IMG/VR virus record: IMGVR_UViG_3300008267_000027
Location: 23,175-87,174 of that record
DNA from: a virus
Reading direction: 5' to 3' (one strand)
Length of the DNA stretch: 64,000 bases
Part shown: one piece after another, positions 18,698-33,600 of the stretch
Position numbering within the stretch: position 1 is the stretch's first letter
Layout: each line of letters starts with the position of its first letter
The notes under the pieces: generated by a model
The model's database searches: none
Told to the model about the DNA's origin: nothing
Seen by the model: only the letters and a program-made list of their open reading frames with translations
Translations under genes and position numbers: made by a program

Positions 18698-21600
18698 ATG
18701 GCAGATAATCAAAATCTAAGTGACAATTTAGTACCTAGTACAGAATCAAGTCTTTTAAACTATGGACCTGATCTCCTACCTGTAAACGACCTACCTAAAG
18801 TTCCTTCTTATGAAACTCCTGCTATATCAATGCAGGATGGGGCGGATCCTTTTGCTGATTTGTATACAGACTTTGATAAAAAGTTTAATCAGACTTTAGC
18901 TAAAACAGATTATGCTAAGCAGGGTGCTGTTACAGAATTCCCTGCAGAGAAAATGCAGTTTGAAAAATGGTACCAAAGTTGGGACTATTCTGATAAAGGA
19001 TTTATTCCATGGAGGGATAACCAAGATGTTTATGATTCTGATACTAACACTTTTAAAGAATTATATAGAGCAACTCACTATATGGGTCCTCTTTTTTTTG
19101 ATGGTTTTATGTCTGGTTTAAGGACTATCCCTGATTTAACAGAAGGATTATTTACTGGTAATTGGGATGCATTTTTTAATGTAGATGAAATAGGTGCAAT
19201 TAAACAAGAAAGAGCTTATAGGATGGGTACATCTACAGCAGGTGGACTATCTACATTCGCTACTGGTTTAGGTATTGCTGCATCTAATATGGCAGGTACT
19301 CTTATTGAAGCTCAAGCTGAAACAGCATTATTAGCATTTATTACAGCTGAATCAGGTGGTGCTACTGCAGAAGTTACTCTTCCTGCTATAGGTATGAAAT
19401 GGACAAAAGTTGGTGCTACTATAGCTAATGGTTTTAAGAATATATCTAATGCTACAAAGATTTTTAAAGATGCTGATAAGATGAGAGATGCTTATAGATC
19501 TTTTAAACTTGGAGAGGCAACATGGACAGCAACCAAAGGTTTAGGTAAGTTTTTAAACCCAGCTAGTAACATGGTTGAATATGGTGTTAAACTATATAAG
19601 GGTGAAGAAGCTTTTTCAGCAACTAAAGGTTTTGGTGCATTCTTTAGAGATTTTCAAGAAATGAAATTTGCGTTAGGCGAAGCAAAACTAGAGGGTGGTA
19701 CAGGAGAATTACAATTAAGAGATGAGCTTGTAAATGATTACATGTCTAAAAATGATGGTAGACTTCCTGATTATGACACATCTATTAAAATAGGAGAAGT
19801 AGCAAAACTTAATGGAGATGCTATTACAAAAACAAACCTACCTGTAATATACTATTCTAATAGAATAGGTTTTGGAAACTTATTTAAAGGTGTACCAGGA
19901 TTAAACAAACTAATGGCTGAGTCAGAATCATCCATGTTTAAGTATGTAGATTTTGACACATTTAAAGATGAGTTTGTAAAGAACATTGGTGGTACGAGCT
20001 TTAAAAAAGCTTACAGATCAGGGATTGCTGGGTTAGCTAATTACACAAAGGCTAACTTTATGGAAGGTATACAAGAATCACTTCAAGATGTAATATCATC
20101 ATCTTCTACAGAATATTATAAAAAACAATTCTTTAATCCTTCATACGGTGGATTACAGGTTATAAAAGGAGATATACTGAATGCTTTTGGTCAACAAGTA
20201 AGCGGTCAAGGTTTGTCTACATTCTTAGGTGGATTTGTAATGGGTGCTATTCCAGGTAGTGTAATGGGAGGTGCTGCAAGAGCTCAAGGACTATATTACA
20301 GACTTACCAATAAAGAAGGTTGGGCTGAATTTAAAGCTAAGAGAGAAGCAATGGTTGATGACTATGTAGCTCAACTTAATCAAGTGTATAAAGATCCTTT
20401 AAAGTTTTTTGACTTTGAAATGATTAATGCAGGTCGTCAAGGAGAATTTGCAAAGTTCATGTCACAAGCTACACTAAATAAGAATGACAAAAGTTTTTAT
20501 GATATAAAAAATGAACAGGCGTTTGAACATCTGTATACAGTTTTAAGAAGTGGTAAACTAGAATTATTTAAAGATAGAATCAATACTATTAGTAAACTTA
20601 AAGATGAAGAACTTAAAGAAGCTTTAGGTTTTGATGTAGAAGACCCTAATGTTTTAAGACAGAGGATTCAAGACATCAATAAAAAGATAGACTATATACA
20701 AAAGAGATATGAGATTAGTCAGGAAAAACTAAAGAATCCTATAAATCTAAATGGTCTCAAAAAAGATACTCCTGAGTATGCTAATGCTGCATTACAGTTT
20801 ATAGCTTTTGAAGATGCTAGAAAGCAAGCAATATTTGCTGGATATTCTTTTGATAGAAATGCTGAGAGAATGGCATCTATACTTAAAGATATAAATGATG
20901 TTAAAGTATTATCTAAAACAAGTTTCTTAGATTTTAATATTTTAACTAATCCTTCTTTCTATAATAAAGAAATTGAATTACTGCAAAAAGAGATTACTGA
21001 AAATAAAAAGTCAGATGACCCATCTATTAAAGAATTAGCTAAACAAAAACAACTTAGACTAGATGCTTTAAAGAAATGGAAGTCTGCTATGATTTCTAAA
21101 GGTGCTTATCCTTTTATAACTAAAAATGTTGTTGATCCTGTTACAGGTAAGAAAGTTAAACAACAAGAAGTTAATCCCCAACATGAAGCTTTTAGAACTA
21201 AAGCACAAGAAGCTTTTATAAATTATGCTGAGAGAGAAGGTGAACTAGTAGATGACTCAGTGCTTAAAGATGGGGTTAATGAAGCTTTCACTAAGTTTAT
21301 GGACTATCATGCTCTTTATCAAGAGCAACCTAATTTGATGAAGTCTGTTAATATCATGGCAGACCCTCAAAGCTTTTTAAACTTATATGAATCTCACTTA
21401 GATGAAATTAAAAAAATATATTCTGATAGAGATAATATTCTAAGAGAGTCTATTCAGAAAGCTTTAAGTATTACAGATGAGAATAATCTAATAAACGAAC
21501 TAGCTAAACTTGGGTTTGTAGTTGATCCTAAAGATCCAAATAAATACTATAAAGTATCAGGTGATACATTTGAACTTGTAAAGAAAGGATCTAAAGAAGA

Positions 21601-24600
21601 AAAAACAATCAACACTTTTATAGAAGACTATAAAAAAGCAACAGAGAAAAAAGCTAAGGAAAAGGAAGCTGCTAAGAAAAAGGATGAGGGTGAAAAGGGT
21701 AAAAAAGAAGAAGGTAAAAAACCTACTCCTCCTGTAAAGAAAAAGACTGAAGAAGAAACTAAGGAAGAAGAACCTGAAGAAGAGGATCTACCAGAAGAGG
21801 AAACTGAAATGGTAGAAGAAGGTACTTATGACCCTGAAGCTACTTATATAAATGACTACTTTAAAATTCCTTTAAGAAAAATAAACTACAAGATTAAGTG
21901 GGCTGACAATGGTCAAATAGCATATGCTACATGGAGTTTTGTAGGTTCTAAAGAAGCACCTAATGTTGAAAGATCTGTAAATACAATACAAGACTTAGAA
22001 GAGATTCTCAGACTTAAAACTTTAATGGATTACCTTACTAAAGTTCAAAAGGTTTATAAGGTTGAAATTACTGATACAGAGGTTTTAACTTATGGAAGAC
22101 CTGGAAGTAAACAACAATCTAAAGAGTATAAATATACAGGTGTAATACCTGCTATATTTTCTAAAACAGAAGAAGTTCCATTCTTTTATGATTTACTATC
22201 AGAAGACGCTAAGTATGATTTTGATAATGACTTTTTTACAGAAGAAATTACCGATTTAGAGGATAAAAATAAAAAAGATTTTGAGGAGATTAGAGTGTTA
22301 GTTAAAAGCGGAATTAATGATGTTCTTGATTCTGTTAGAAAAGCAATTGCTGATAAAACAGCAGCAATGAAAGAGGTGCGTACTGTAGATCAGAAGTTTA
22401 TTACATCCTCTACTAATATGGTAAAAATATTTACCATGAAAGATGAGACTAGAGAAAATATGCAAAAGGCTGTTTTCTCTATGAGCAAGGATGAGATAAA
22501 AAGTAAAATGACTGGTAAGATTGAAAAGATTAAACCAGGTGCACCAGAGGTAGTATTTGATAAAACTAGAAATAAGGTAAGACTAAGAGTATTACGTCAA
22601 AGTCCTGCTGTAGCTTCAACTATTTTAGTTGATGGTAAAGCTATAGGCTATCCTACATATCCTGATGTTTACACATTTGAAATTGATGGTGTTATAAAAA
22701 CTGCAAATGAACTAACTAAAAAAGAGTTTTATTTGTTTGCACAAGATACAGTTAGCTATGAAGACTACATGGCAAACTATAATACCAGCATGTCTGTGTA
22801 TAATGCGTTTGCTGATTTATTAGATGATAATAAATCTGTTCAAGTTACTAATGAAGATCTTCAAAAAATATTTGATATCACTCCTGTATTTGGAGATTAT
22901 GCTTTTACTAAGAATAAGATTACCCTATCTAAGTTGGAGAAGAATGGTACTAAACTAATAGGAGTAATTGATAAAAATAATGTAGCTGAAGCTATTGTTC
23001 CTGGTAAGAGTCTTACTGAGGTTGCAAATAATCGTGCTATTATAAATAACTATATAAATACACTAGAGACAGATTCTGCAACTGGTGAAATAAAAAAGTT
23101 TACAAATCAAGGTAGATATATTGCAGTGTATACATTACCTAATGGTAAACCTGCATTTGTTGAAGTTACATCTGCTAACTTAGAAGAAGATGGTTTAGAT
23201 ACAGTGTTTTCTGATATAGCTGAGAGACTTCAAAAAACATATAATGAAAATGTAGTAGCTGATAAGTCTGGTAAAATTGAAGAAGTAAAAAATAAAAACT
23301 TCAATCGTGGGTTTGATACCTTCACTGAAGAGAGTGGTAGAATGCCTTTCTATATTGCTATACCACAAAATCCTCAGAAACCAGATGCTCTATCTTATAA
23401 TATAACTCTTACAGTGACAGCTAATGGATCGTTAGTTGTTCAGTTTGTTAACACACAAAGTAAAGATAAAGAATATCACAAAGCGTATGTTGAAGTTAAA
23501 TATGATGAGAAGGGTAATCCTGACATTGAAGACTTTAATGATATGCTTAGTAAGGTTAATGCAGAGATTGTTAATTATAATGGTGATAATAAAGAAGCAG
23601 ATCTTCCAATATTAAAAGCTGAATATTTTAAAGAGTCTATCCCTAAAGCTGCTAAGTTTAGTGATATGGCTGAACAAGTGACTAATGTTTCTGAGAATAT
23701 TTTTCAGAACACTCACATGATATTCACTCCTGCATCAGAACTTACACCAGATGTAGATGCTGCAAGCAGAAAGACTGGTAAGAAAACAACTATAAAAAGT
23801 TCTACTACTGAGGATCCTCTTTTACCAGTTTTAAGTATTGATGTCTTAAAAGATTTAAAACAAGCAATACTAGACGCTAAAAATATAACTGATTTAGAGG
23901 ATATGTTTGAAGAAGCTATGACACCTTCTTCTGAGGCTGATTTTGAAGCATGGGTTAATGTAAAAGAAAATATTGAGTTTATTCAAAATGACCCAAGTAT
24001 ATTAGCTAAAATTCAATCTGCAAAGAGTCAAAAAGAATTACAAGAAATTTCTCTTAGATATTCTCTTTTAGCTTATTTAGATGCTAAGATAAAAGAGATT
24101 GAAGGTGCTCAACCTGCTGAACCCCCTAAAAAGAAAAGAGGTGGTCTTGGATTAAGTGGTATTAAAGTAGATAAAAATAAATTAAGACAACAAGCAGCTA
24201 GTGAAAATGTAGAGGATAAAGATACAGAAGAAGAAAAGAACTCTGGTAAGATTGCAACTACCTCTGATAATAAAACAGCTCAAGAGATTAATGATCAATA
24301 CTTACAAGATAAAGCTGAGCTAGAAAGTAAGTTTGTTAAAAATAGTGTTGTTACAGATGCTGTAGAATATGATAAAGCTATTACAGAACTAGAGAAGCAA
24401 TTTAAAAAGGACATTGAAAGTCTAAAACCTAAGAGAGTACCCAGACTTAAAATAGTTGATAGAGCTGAATTTGATGATGTATCTGTAGAAGATATAGATA
24501 AGTTTAGGTTGTGGATGAAAAAAACACTACCTACTATTGATGTAGATGCTGATATGGTAGCTGAGAATCTAGTAAACAATCGTGTTGTTGTTGGTAGATT

Positions 24601-27600
24601 TTTAGCATATGTAAAGATGACTGCTAACGGACCAGAAATAAAAGGTAGTATTCAAACTAGTAAAGAGGCTGCTTTTAAATATCATGAAGCTTTCCACGCA
24701 GTATTTAATTTGTTCTTAACTGATGAACAAATAGATAACCTATTAACTTTAGCTAAATATGAAGTTAATAAAAAACTAAAGAGTGAAGGTAAAGTGCTAT
24801 CTGAGGAAGTTGAAAAAATGAGAGATGAGCATCCTAGTTATGCTGAAATGTCTACTGAAGAATTAACAGACAGATATTTAGAAGAGTATTTAGCAGATGA
24901 CTTTGATACATTTAAGATGGATCAATCTGCTCCTGGGATACTTGGTAAGATTAAACAAGTGTTTGCTAAGCTACTAGACTTTATTAATTCATTATTAGGA
25001 AGACAATCTGAATTAAAAACTTTCTATAAAGAAATTGACAAGGGTAAGTTTGCTAATGCTAATGTTCAAAGTAATAGATTTACTAAAGACTTAGCATTAA
25101 ACAATAATCCTGTTATTGAGAAATACAAAATTAAATATGGATATAAGGCTATAGAAACTCTTAATGGAGAAACTATAATGACTCCTCAATATGTTACTGA
25201 ATCAGATTCACAAAGAATCATAGGAGCTGTAGTTAATTCATTCTTACATCGTACTGCTAAAATGCCTGAGTATAATAAAGCTAGAGTACTTGATGGTATT
25301 TTAGAAGATATGATGAAACTATACCAAATAGGTCCAAAGTATAATAATCTATCTATAGATAAACTTAATAGACTTAGAATGTTCAGAGATATCTTTACTA
25401 GCTCAGAAGCTAAAGAAGATATTAAAAAGAATGCAAACGTGTTCTTAGATTTAATGGGATACACTCAAGATTTAGAAGATGATACAGAATATGAAAATGC
25501 TTTAGAAGATGAGGGTGAAAGAGCTACAACAGAAAAGTTTGGTGAAAAATTTGCTCAAGGTGGTTTTAAATCATTCTCTAAATATGCTAGACAATATATT
25601 CAATCAACCACTTATGAAAAACAAGATGAGTTTGGTAATCAGTATTTAGATGAACAAACTCAAGAACCATTAGCATTTGGTGTTAATGCTGGCGTTATTT
25701 ATAATGGTATGGTTAAGTTGATGAGTGGCGTTACTACAGAAGAGAAGTTTATACAAAGACTTATACATTTTAAAAATGCTGCTAGTGAACAAACTGTAGC
25801 GTTTATAAATAAATTCTTAGAAGATACAGGAATAAATGAAGAGTCTGATTACACCCCTGTTAAAAATAAGAGATTATTTAATGCAATCTATAAACCATTT
25901 ACATTATTTAATGTAAGCTATAGAAGTTATTTAATTGATCCTAAAACTGGTAAGTCTAAGAGTATCCGTGCTAATATGAGAGATGCTGCTAGTAATCAGT
26001 ATAATCAATGGCAAAACAACTTTAATAGCAACTACCAAGACCAGTGGACTGAGAAAAAACAGAAAAGGGTATTAGAGTTGATGACCAGTATTAATGATGG
26101 TTTAAAAGGAGAGTTTGCAATAACAGAAGAAGAGTTTTTAGAAAAAGCAAAAGAACTAAAAGAACTTGAAAGACTTAGTGGTATTAAAATAGTATTTGAA
26201 TATTATAAGTATTCAGCTTTAGCTACTCTTAGAGAAAACAGTAAAAGAACTGCATCACCATTAACTAAAGAACAAATAGACTTTGTTAAATCATTTGAAG
26301 GTGTTCCTGTATTACTTTCAGAAGATATATCTGAAATAATGATTACTTTAGGTAAAAAAGAAAGTCCTTTTATTACGTTTGACGATGTTGTTGTAGATAA
26401 TACACCAGCTGGTCAAGAAGAAGATAATAACTATGATTCAGATGAAGATGAACCAGATGAAGTAGTTAGTGATGAGGACAAAGCTGATGATGCTGTTAAG
26501 TATGAAAAGCAGATGAATAAAGGAAACAGGAGTAGACTTATGCGTATAGCAGAAGGTAACTCTATGTTTGATGAAACTGTTCTATCATCTTCTTGGTTGA
26601 ACTCTGAATTTGAAACAGTATCTTCCCACCAATTGCCTAACTTTCATTTAGCTTATTTAGAAGATACAATTAAAAATCCAGCAGCTTTAGAAAAAAAGAT
26701 AATGGAGGATCCATTCTTAATGGATAGTTATATAGGTCAAGAAATTCTAAATAATGGTGAGTTTAGACAAATGCTAAACAGACTTCGTATTGATCGTATA
26801 GATGGTATCACTGCTAGAAAACTTACAGAACTTCAAGATGGAACTGTATTAGCTAATACTAAATTACAAGTTAACAAACGTGATGGTATTACCTATGGTA
26901 AATTTCAAGATAGAGAATTCTTATTAACAAACATGTTAATGTATCTTGAAGATAATGAAGTTATACGTAAAGCAGGTGGTGAAGAAATAGTAGCTAGTAG
27001 ACATCTTATTCGTGTAATTGAATCTAAGAATACAGGGGATACTATTAACATGCCTGTTATCAGTGCAGTAGTTGGTAAAGGAAATAAACTAAGACTATCT
27101 GAAGAAGCAGAAAAAATTTGGATGCAAGAGTTTATGGCTGAGTTTAACAGAATAAACAGAGTGTGGAGTGAAAGAAATAATCCTGAAAGAGATATCATAG
27201 ATAATTATAATGACTTTGATAATCCTAATAGTCAAATGAGAGGTGTTAAGTTTAGAACCTTTGAAGACTTTTTAGGACCTAAGATGGAGGAGTATAGAGC
27301 AATAGCTATGAGTGATAATCCTGTCTTAAATGCAAGACAGAAAGATCAGCTTGTAAAAATATTTAATGAATACTTATTAGGTGATGAAGAAAATGGTGGA
27401 ATGGTTGATGAGTTTATTTATATGCTAGATGATGCTGGTATTATTAAAGTGATGCCTGGTGGTAAGATTATGAATAAAATGTTACCTGCAGAGATATACG
27501 GTGTAAAAATGAAGAACCCTACAGATAGGATGAATAAACTGTTTTTAGGTACTGACTTCAAAGCTAATCTTGCTCAGATCTTTATTAATGATTATTTGAA

Positions 27601-30600
27601 TACAATCTCAATTAATAAATTATACTATGGTGATCAGGCAATGAGTCTTATTGATTTTGTTGACTCTGTTAAACGTGCTGCTGGTGCTGCAGGTTCTGGA
27701 CACCATATGGCTACAAGTTTGATAGATGAAAGTCTTGGTATAAATCATTCTCATCAGAATTCTCATGCTATCACTCATATTGATCCTATATATGAAGGAA
27801 AGTATTCTAAATCTAAAAAACAAAAGTGGTCAGATGGTCAAACTTGGAGTACTGTAAAAACAGCTAGGTATAATGCTTTTGGTTTAGGTAGACTTGATGA
27901 ATACAAAGCTCAGATATTTGATAAGCTAGAAAGAGGTGTTCCTCTCACTGCAGAAGAAATCTTTGGTATAAATGGTACTATTGAAAACAATGCTCAGCTT
28001 AAGGTTGAGAAACTTGTATACTTTGATGGTAAACAATATATCAAAACCTCTGTATTCTTCTTAACAAAAGAACTCACTTCTCAACTTAAACTATCTGCTA
28101 AAAGAAAAATTGATGCTTTATTAGCTAAAGCAGCTGAGAGTAAACTTACTGAGAAAGAGTATTTAGAAGAAGCATATGCTTTACAGAGAGATAACAATAA
28201 CTGGATAGCTCGTCCTGGTCGTGAAATACTTCATAACAAAAGAGTTGAGATGGAGAAGTTTCAGGATGAAAATGCTACCACTGTATATTCTTTCCCTGCG
28301 TCAGCTTCTAAAATGATGAAGAGAAATGTCTCTCAGTCATTAGAAGACTTTGCTGTTTCACAAAAACAAGCTTATAAACTTGATAATAGATACATGCGTT
28401 TACAGTTGGAGAATACTACCAATAAGAAAGGTGGTATTAATGATTCTACTCAGATGCAAAATATCATTGATGCTGAACAAAACCCTAACACTAAAGTAAC
28501 ATATAAAGGTGAATCAGGAGTTAAGGTTAAAGATGTTATTAAAGATTACCAAGAAGCTCTAGCTCAAAAAGCTAAGGTATCATATCTCTTAGCTCGTAAT
28601 AGTATTTTCTCTTTTGAAGATGCATCTAAAGAGTTTGAAGTTTCTGTAAAAGGTGGTGAGGTAACTCCTAAGCTTGCTAAGTTTCAGAAGAAGGCTATTG
28701 AAAACTTGAAAAAGAGTGGTGCATCTCAACAACTTCTTGAGTTCTTTGAACTGCAAAAAGATCCTGAAACAGGAGAAGAGACTCCATCATATGACCTTAA
28801 TAGTCCATATACTAGAAAAAAGTATGAGCAGTTATTCTTAGCATACTTTAGAAAAGATGTTTTACAACAGCGTACTCCTGGTCAAGCCCTTACATTAACA
28901 TCAGACTGGGGAGCTTACCCATTAAAGAGAGCTAAAAGAATTTTAGATGGTAAGGTGGTTGAATGGGAAGTTGTAAGAGTGGATCAACAAGAGGTTAGTG
29001 GTAAAGAGTACAGACCTATGTCTGACAGAGAAAAACTAGAGAATAAAGTTAGTATAGAAGAAGGTCAACTTACTGATGAAGAAAGATATGAAATGTTTGT
29101 ACGTGGAGAAAAAATTCCTAGTGGAGTAGATGACTATGAGTTTTTCCATAAGAGCATAGATGATGTTACAGAAGTTGGTCAACTGTTTACTGACAGATTA
29201 CGTCACAACTGGCCTGTATATGATGAAGCAGGAAACGTCACAGGATATAAGAGTGAGTTTATGATGCCTCATCATTTTAAAGAGAGTATGGAAATTGGTC
29301 CAGATAATGAACTTCCTCAAGACATTCTTGAAGCATTTGCTGCTCGTATCCCAGGTCAGGATAAACACTCTGCTGCTAGTTTAGATCTTGTAGACTTCCT
29401 ACCTGCACACTATGGTTCAATGACAATGCTTCCTAGAGAAGTAGCAGAGATCTCAGGTGCGGATAATGACGTGGATAAGGCATATACACAGTTCTCTGAT
29501 TTTTATGTAAAAAGAGACAGAGAAGGAAACCCTGAGTTTATAAAATATGGTACTGCAGTTGAAGATGCTGATAGATTTGTAGAGTTTTTCTTATGGAACA
29601 TTGCTAATAATAAAAATCTAAACAGTGAAATTAGAGATATAAAAGAGGGTGATGAAAACTATAAGAAAATAAAAACTCTATTAGATAAACTCTATATAGC
29701 AAAAGAACACATCTTAAATTATAAAAAAGCTGGTCAAGAGTATTTAGAAGAGCTTCATCAAGTGGATAGAGCTATTACGTTTATGTCTAAAGTAGATAAC
29801 TTAGATGAAACCTCTGATGCTTTAGAAGAAGATTATATACTAGCTGAATATAATAAAGTAAGAGGTCGTGCTGCTGAATTTGTTAAAGAAAGAATTTTAA
29901 AACTAGATGATTTAATTTCTGATATAACAAGAGAAGTTAGAAGATCAGGTAGTAATATATCTGTGGTTAAAAACAGAATAAATGAGGTTAAGCGTGAAAA
30001 ACTTTTAATAGAAAGAGTTATTCAGATGGAAGCTATGGAGAATTTAAATCTTCCAACTGATGTTGAACAATTCTTAGACTTTGAAGATAACCTAAATGGT
30101 GAAGTTAATATTGGATCACTTAACAATACTATACTTGAAGCTAAAAGAGTTCTACTTACTAATGATTACATGCAAGAAGATGACAGAGCATTTGAGGTAG
30201 CTGATCAGGGTGTTCTTGAAGATCTTGAAAAAGATAAAGATATTGCTCCATATACAACTCCAGATAGCACAATTGATAATGATAATTATGTAGGTAAAAC
30301 TTTAGCACAGCGTAATAACAAAGAAGGTTCTAGAAACATTGGTTCTGTGGTAAATGGTCAGATGTCTAATTTATTCTTAATGAAGAATAATGTTAAATTT
30401 AGACGTAAAGATGCAGATAAAGCAAATCAAGTTTACATACTTTCTATTGATGGTACTGAGTTTGATACCTATGCTAATGAGCGTAAAGCACTGATTACAG
30501 ATGACTATGAAGTTGTACCTAACTTTAAGAGTAAGAAAACTAGACGTGTAATGAATGCTGGTTCTGGATATGTATCAGTAATGACGGATAATGCTAAAGA

Positions 30601-33600
30601 TAGACGTTCTGCTAAGTTTAACCTTAATATTAATGCAGCAGCTATAGCAATGGATTTAAATGGTAGAGGAATCCCTGATAAACTTATAGCAGCATTAATG
30701 TTGAATAGAAATGTTAAAGCATATTATAATAAACTTAAGGATGAGAAGTATGCTATCAATCAAAGTGAACAAAGAACATCTAAGAAAAAGATAGCTGCTG
30801 AAATGATGGAGTCTTTAATTAAAAAAGCAGGTGGTGATAAAGCTGAGATTAAACCTTTAACAGCAAGGATGATTTTAGATGGTATTAGTAATCCTACGCC
30901 TGAAACAGACTTGTCTATATTTCATCACTTTTTAAATATAGAAAAACAATCTAAAGCTCATGGTGTACTTGCTCAGATTCTTAAATTGACCAAAGGACCT
31001 ACTGCTGATATGAATGATTGGGATAGTTTGATAGCTGATGCTTATACTTATCTAGGTGTGGGTATGACAAATGAACAGTTTGAAAAGTCTGATATACCAT
31101 TTGATGTTAGAAAATTGGTATTAGAATCAAGTCCTGTTATAGCAATGTATTGGAAGATTAATTCTCAAATACATGATGAAATAGGAAAAACTGTTTTGAT
31201 ATCACGATCTAAAATATTTAAGGCTGCTAAGAATGCAATATTAGGTCAGATGCGTATCCAGTATTCTTTAGCTGAAAAAGTGGAGTCAAAACTAGAGAAC
31301 ACTCTTATAATGTATTTTGCTTTAAGAGGTTATATAAAAACTCTTAGAACATATGATGATGAGCTTCTAACCGTATTAGATAACAATCTAGTGTATGGTA
31401 CACACAAAGGTTCTGAAAATATAACAGATATAATTAAAGAAGCTAGAAGAAATAATCCTGATAACTACTTGATTAATAAGTATTTAAGATTAACACCTAA
31501 AACAGTAATGCAGGGTGGTAAAGAGATTATTAATAAGGACAATAAGAAAAAGATTCATACACTTGAGCCTTCTACATATGGAGTGTTAGATGATTATATG
31601 ATGCAAAAGATCCATGATAGTTTTATGGATTTATATGAGAAGGATAGAAAAGCAGCACTCTCTATATTTGCTTATAGTATTATTAAAGATGCTACACTCT
31701 TTTCTCCTAATGGTATCATGCATATTTTCCCACCACACTTGTTTAAAGAATTGATGGGAGATGTAATGTTTAATGTAGGTACTATATTTAAGAAAGATAA
31801 TCTTGAAGAGTATTTATCTCAGGGTAAAAAAGCTAGAGATTTTGCAAACTTATTTGATGGTACATTTAAAGAAGTTGTTGCAGACTTTATGGAAGGATAC
31901 TTGAGACACGTTGAAACAAAATATCATTTAAAGACTTTCAATGTGTCATCTCCTGAAGTAACCGATAAAAAAAATAAGAAGAAAGAAGAAGAAGAAAAAG
32001 ATTTACCTATTAGATTTACTGTGGATGAGGTTGGTAAGTTAGATAGAAATCAAATAATAGTTGATTTGTTTACTAATGTTAAACCTACAAAAGTTAAATA
32101 TAAAAAGAAAGCTGAAGAAGATCCAGATTCTGATGAAGAGTCAAATGTAGAAGAATCTTCAAAAGCAAAATATAAATTAGATGCTAAAGCTAAAAAACAG
32201 CTTGGAGATAATATCAAAGCTTTAAAAAAATTCCCTTATAGTTTATTTGTAACAAATGATGATCAGGGTAATATTGGTTTACAACTTCCTTATTCTTTTA
32301 AAGTAAAAACAAGAAAGGGATTTGATGTTTATGTTCTTCAAAATATAACTAAGATATCAGATCAAGATAAGATGGAGAATGCAAGACTTGCTGATGTTCT
32401 TACAGATAATTTTAATATTGTTGCACCAAGGGCTATATACAAACTTGTAGAAGCTGAAGGTGCATACGGTACCACTCCTATAGGTAGAGTTTTTGGTGAG
32501 GTTCCTACATACAGCAGTATTAATGATCCAGAACTTATAGCAGCTGAAAAGAAAGCTCTAGAAGAAACTCCTACTGAAGAAGTAGAAGAAGATGATGAAG
32601 AGTCTGATTTAGATGTAAGTAGTCCTGATAAACCTTTAAAAAGACCATCTAATGTAGATGAAGAAGAAGAACCTATGGCTCAAAAAAGAGATATATCTTT
32701 TTTGAAATCTAAAGGAATATCAGTATCTTTGAAAGGGGGTGAGTATATTTATAAAAAGAATGGTAAAGTTTATGAGTTTAACGGATCTCCTAGAGAACTT
32801 GCTGACTTTTTTGATGAAGATGGTAAACTAAATGAAAAAATATCTGGTAAAAAAGTAGCAGGTGGAAAAGAACTAAAGTCTTCTAAGAAAAAGTTTTATG
32901 ATCCTGCTTACTTTCCAGGTGGTAAAAAAGGTAAAAGAACTGGATACATTCCTACTGTAAGTAAATTACAAAAGATTGAAGATGATGAAATCACTCAAAA
33001 AATGGTTGATAAACTTTTAGAGCAAGATGACATATCTACAATTACTCATTATGATGGTAAGAAGTTTGTTAAATACATTGGCAGTAAGTTCAATCAATAT
33101 GGTATATATAAAACTAAGGTTGAGGGAATGAGTGCTATTAATTTAATCAGATCTGGTATTAAAACAGAAATTAATATTGGAGTTAAAGAACATATCAGAG
33201 ATATTAATGAGCTGTTTGTTATGGAGGATACTGAGCAAAACTCACCTACATTTGGAGAACAAGTTCTTTTACGTGCAGTGACAGCTCCTTATAAATCAAA
33301 TAAGAAAAGCTTTAATGCACATCAAGGTTGGGACAGCTCTGTATGGGAAAACAGAAAAGATATGATTAAAAAATACAATGAGCTTTCTTTTAGATTTGAA
33401 TATGTTGGTGATATAGTTGATGGCGAATTGGTATTACCTGAAGGAACTCCTGTAAAGACAAAAGAGAAAAAGACCACCACTCCTTCTAAAACTGAACAGA
33501 CTAAAAAACCTGTACCAAGTGCATTTAAGAAAGATACATATGAACCAGAGGCTGGGTCTATTCAAGAGACTATCACAAACAGACTTGAAGAAACAATGTC

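Noticed and set aside
21630-21830. Lys/Glu-rich purine tract in the RNAP gene as a DNA repeat
   Set aside because: Low-complexity protein linker with no discrete repeat unit
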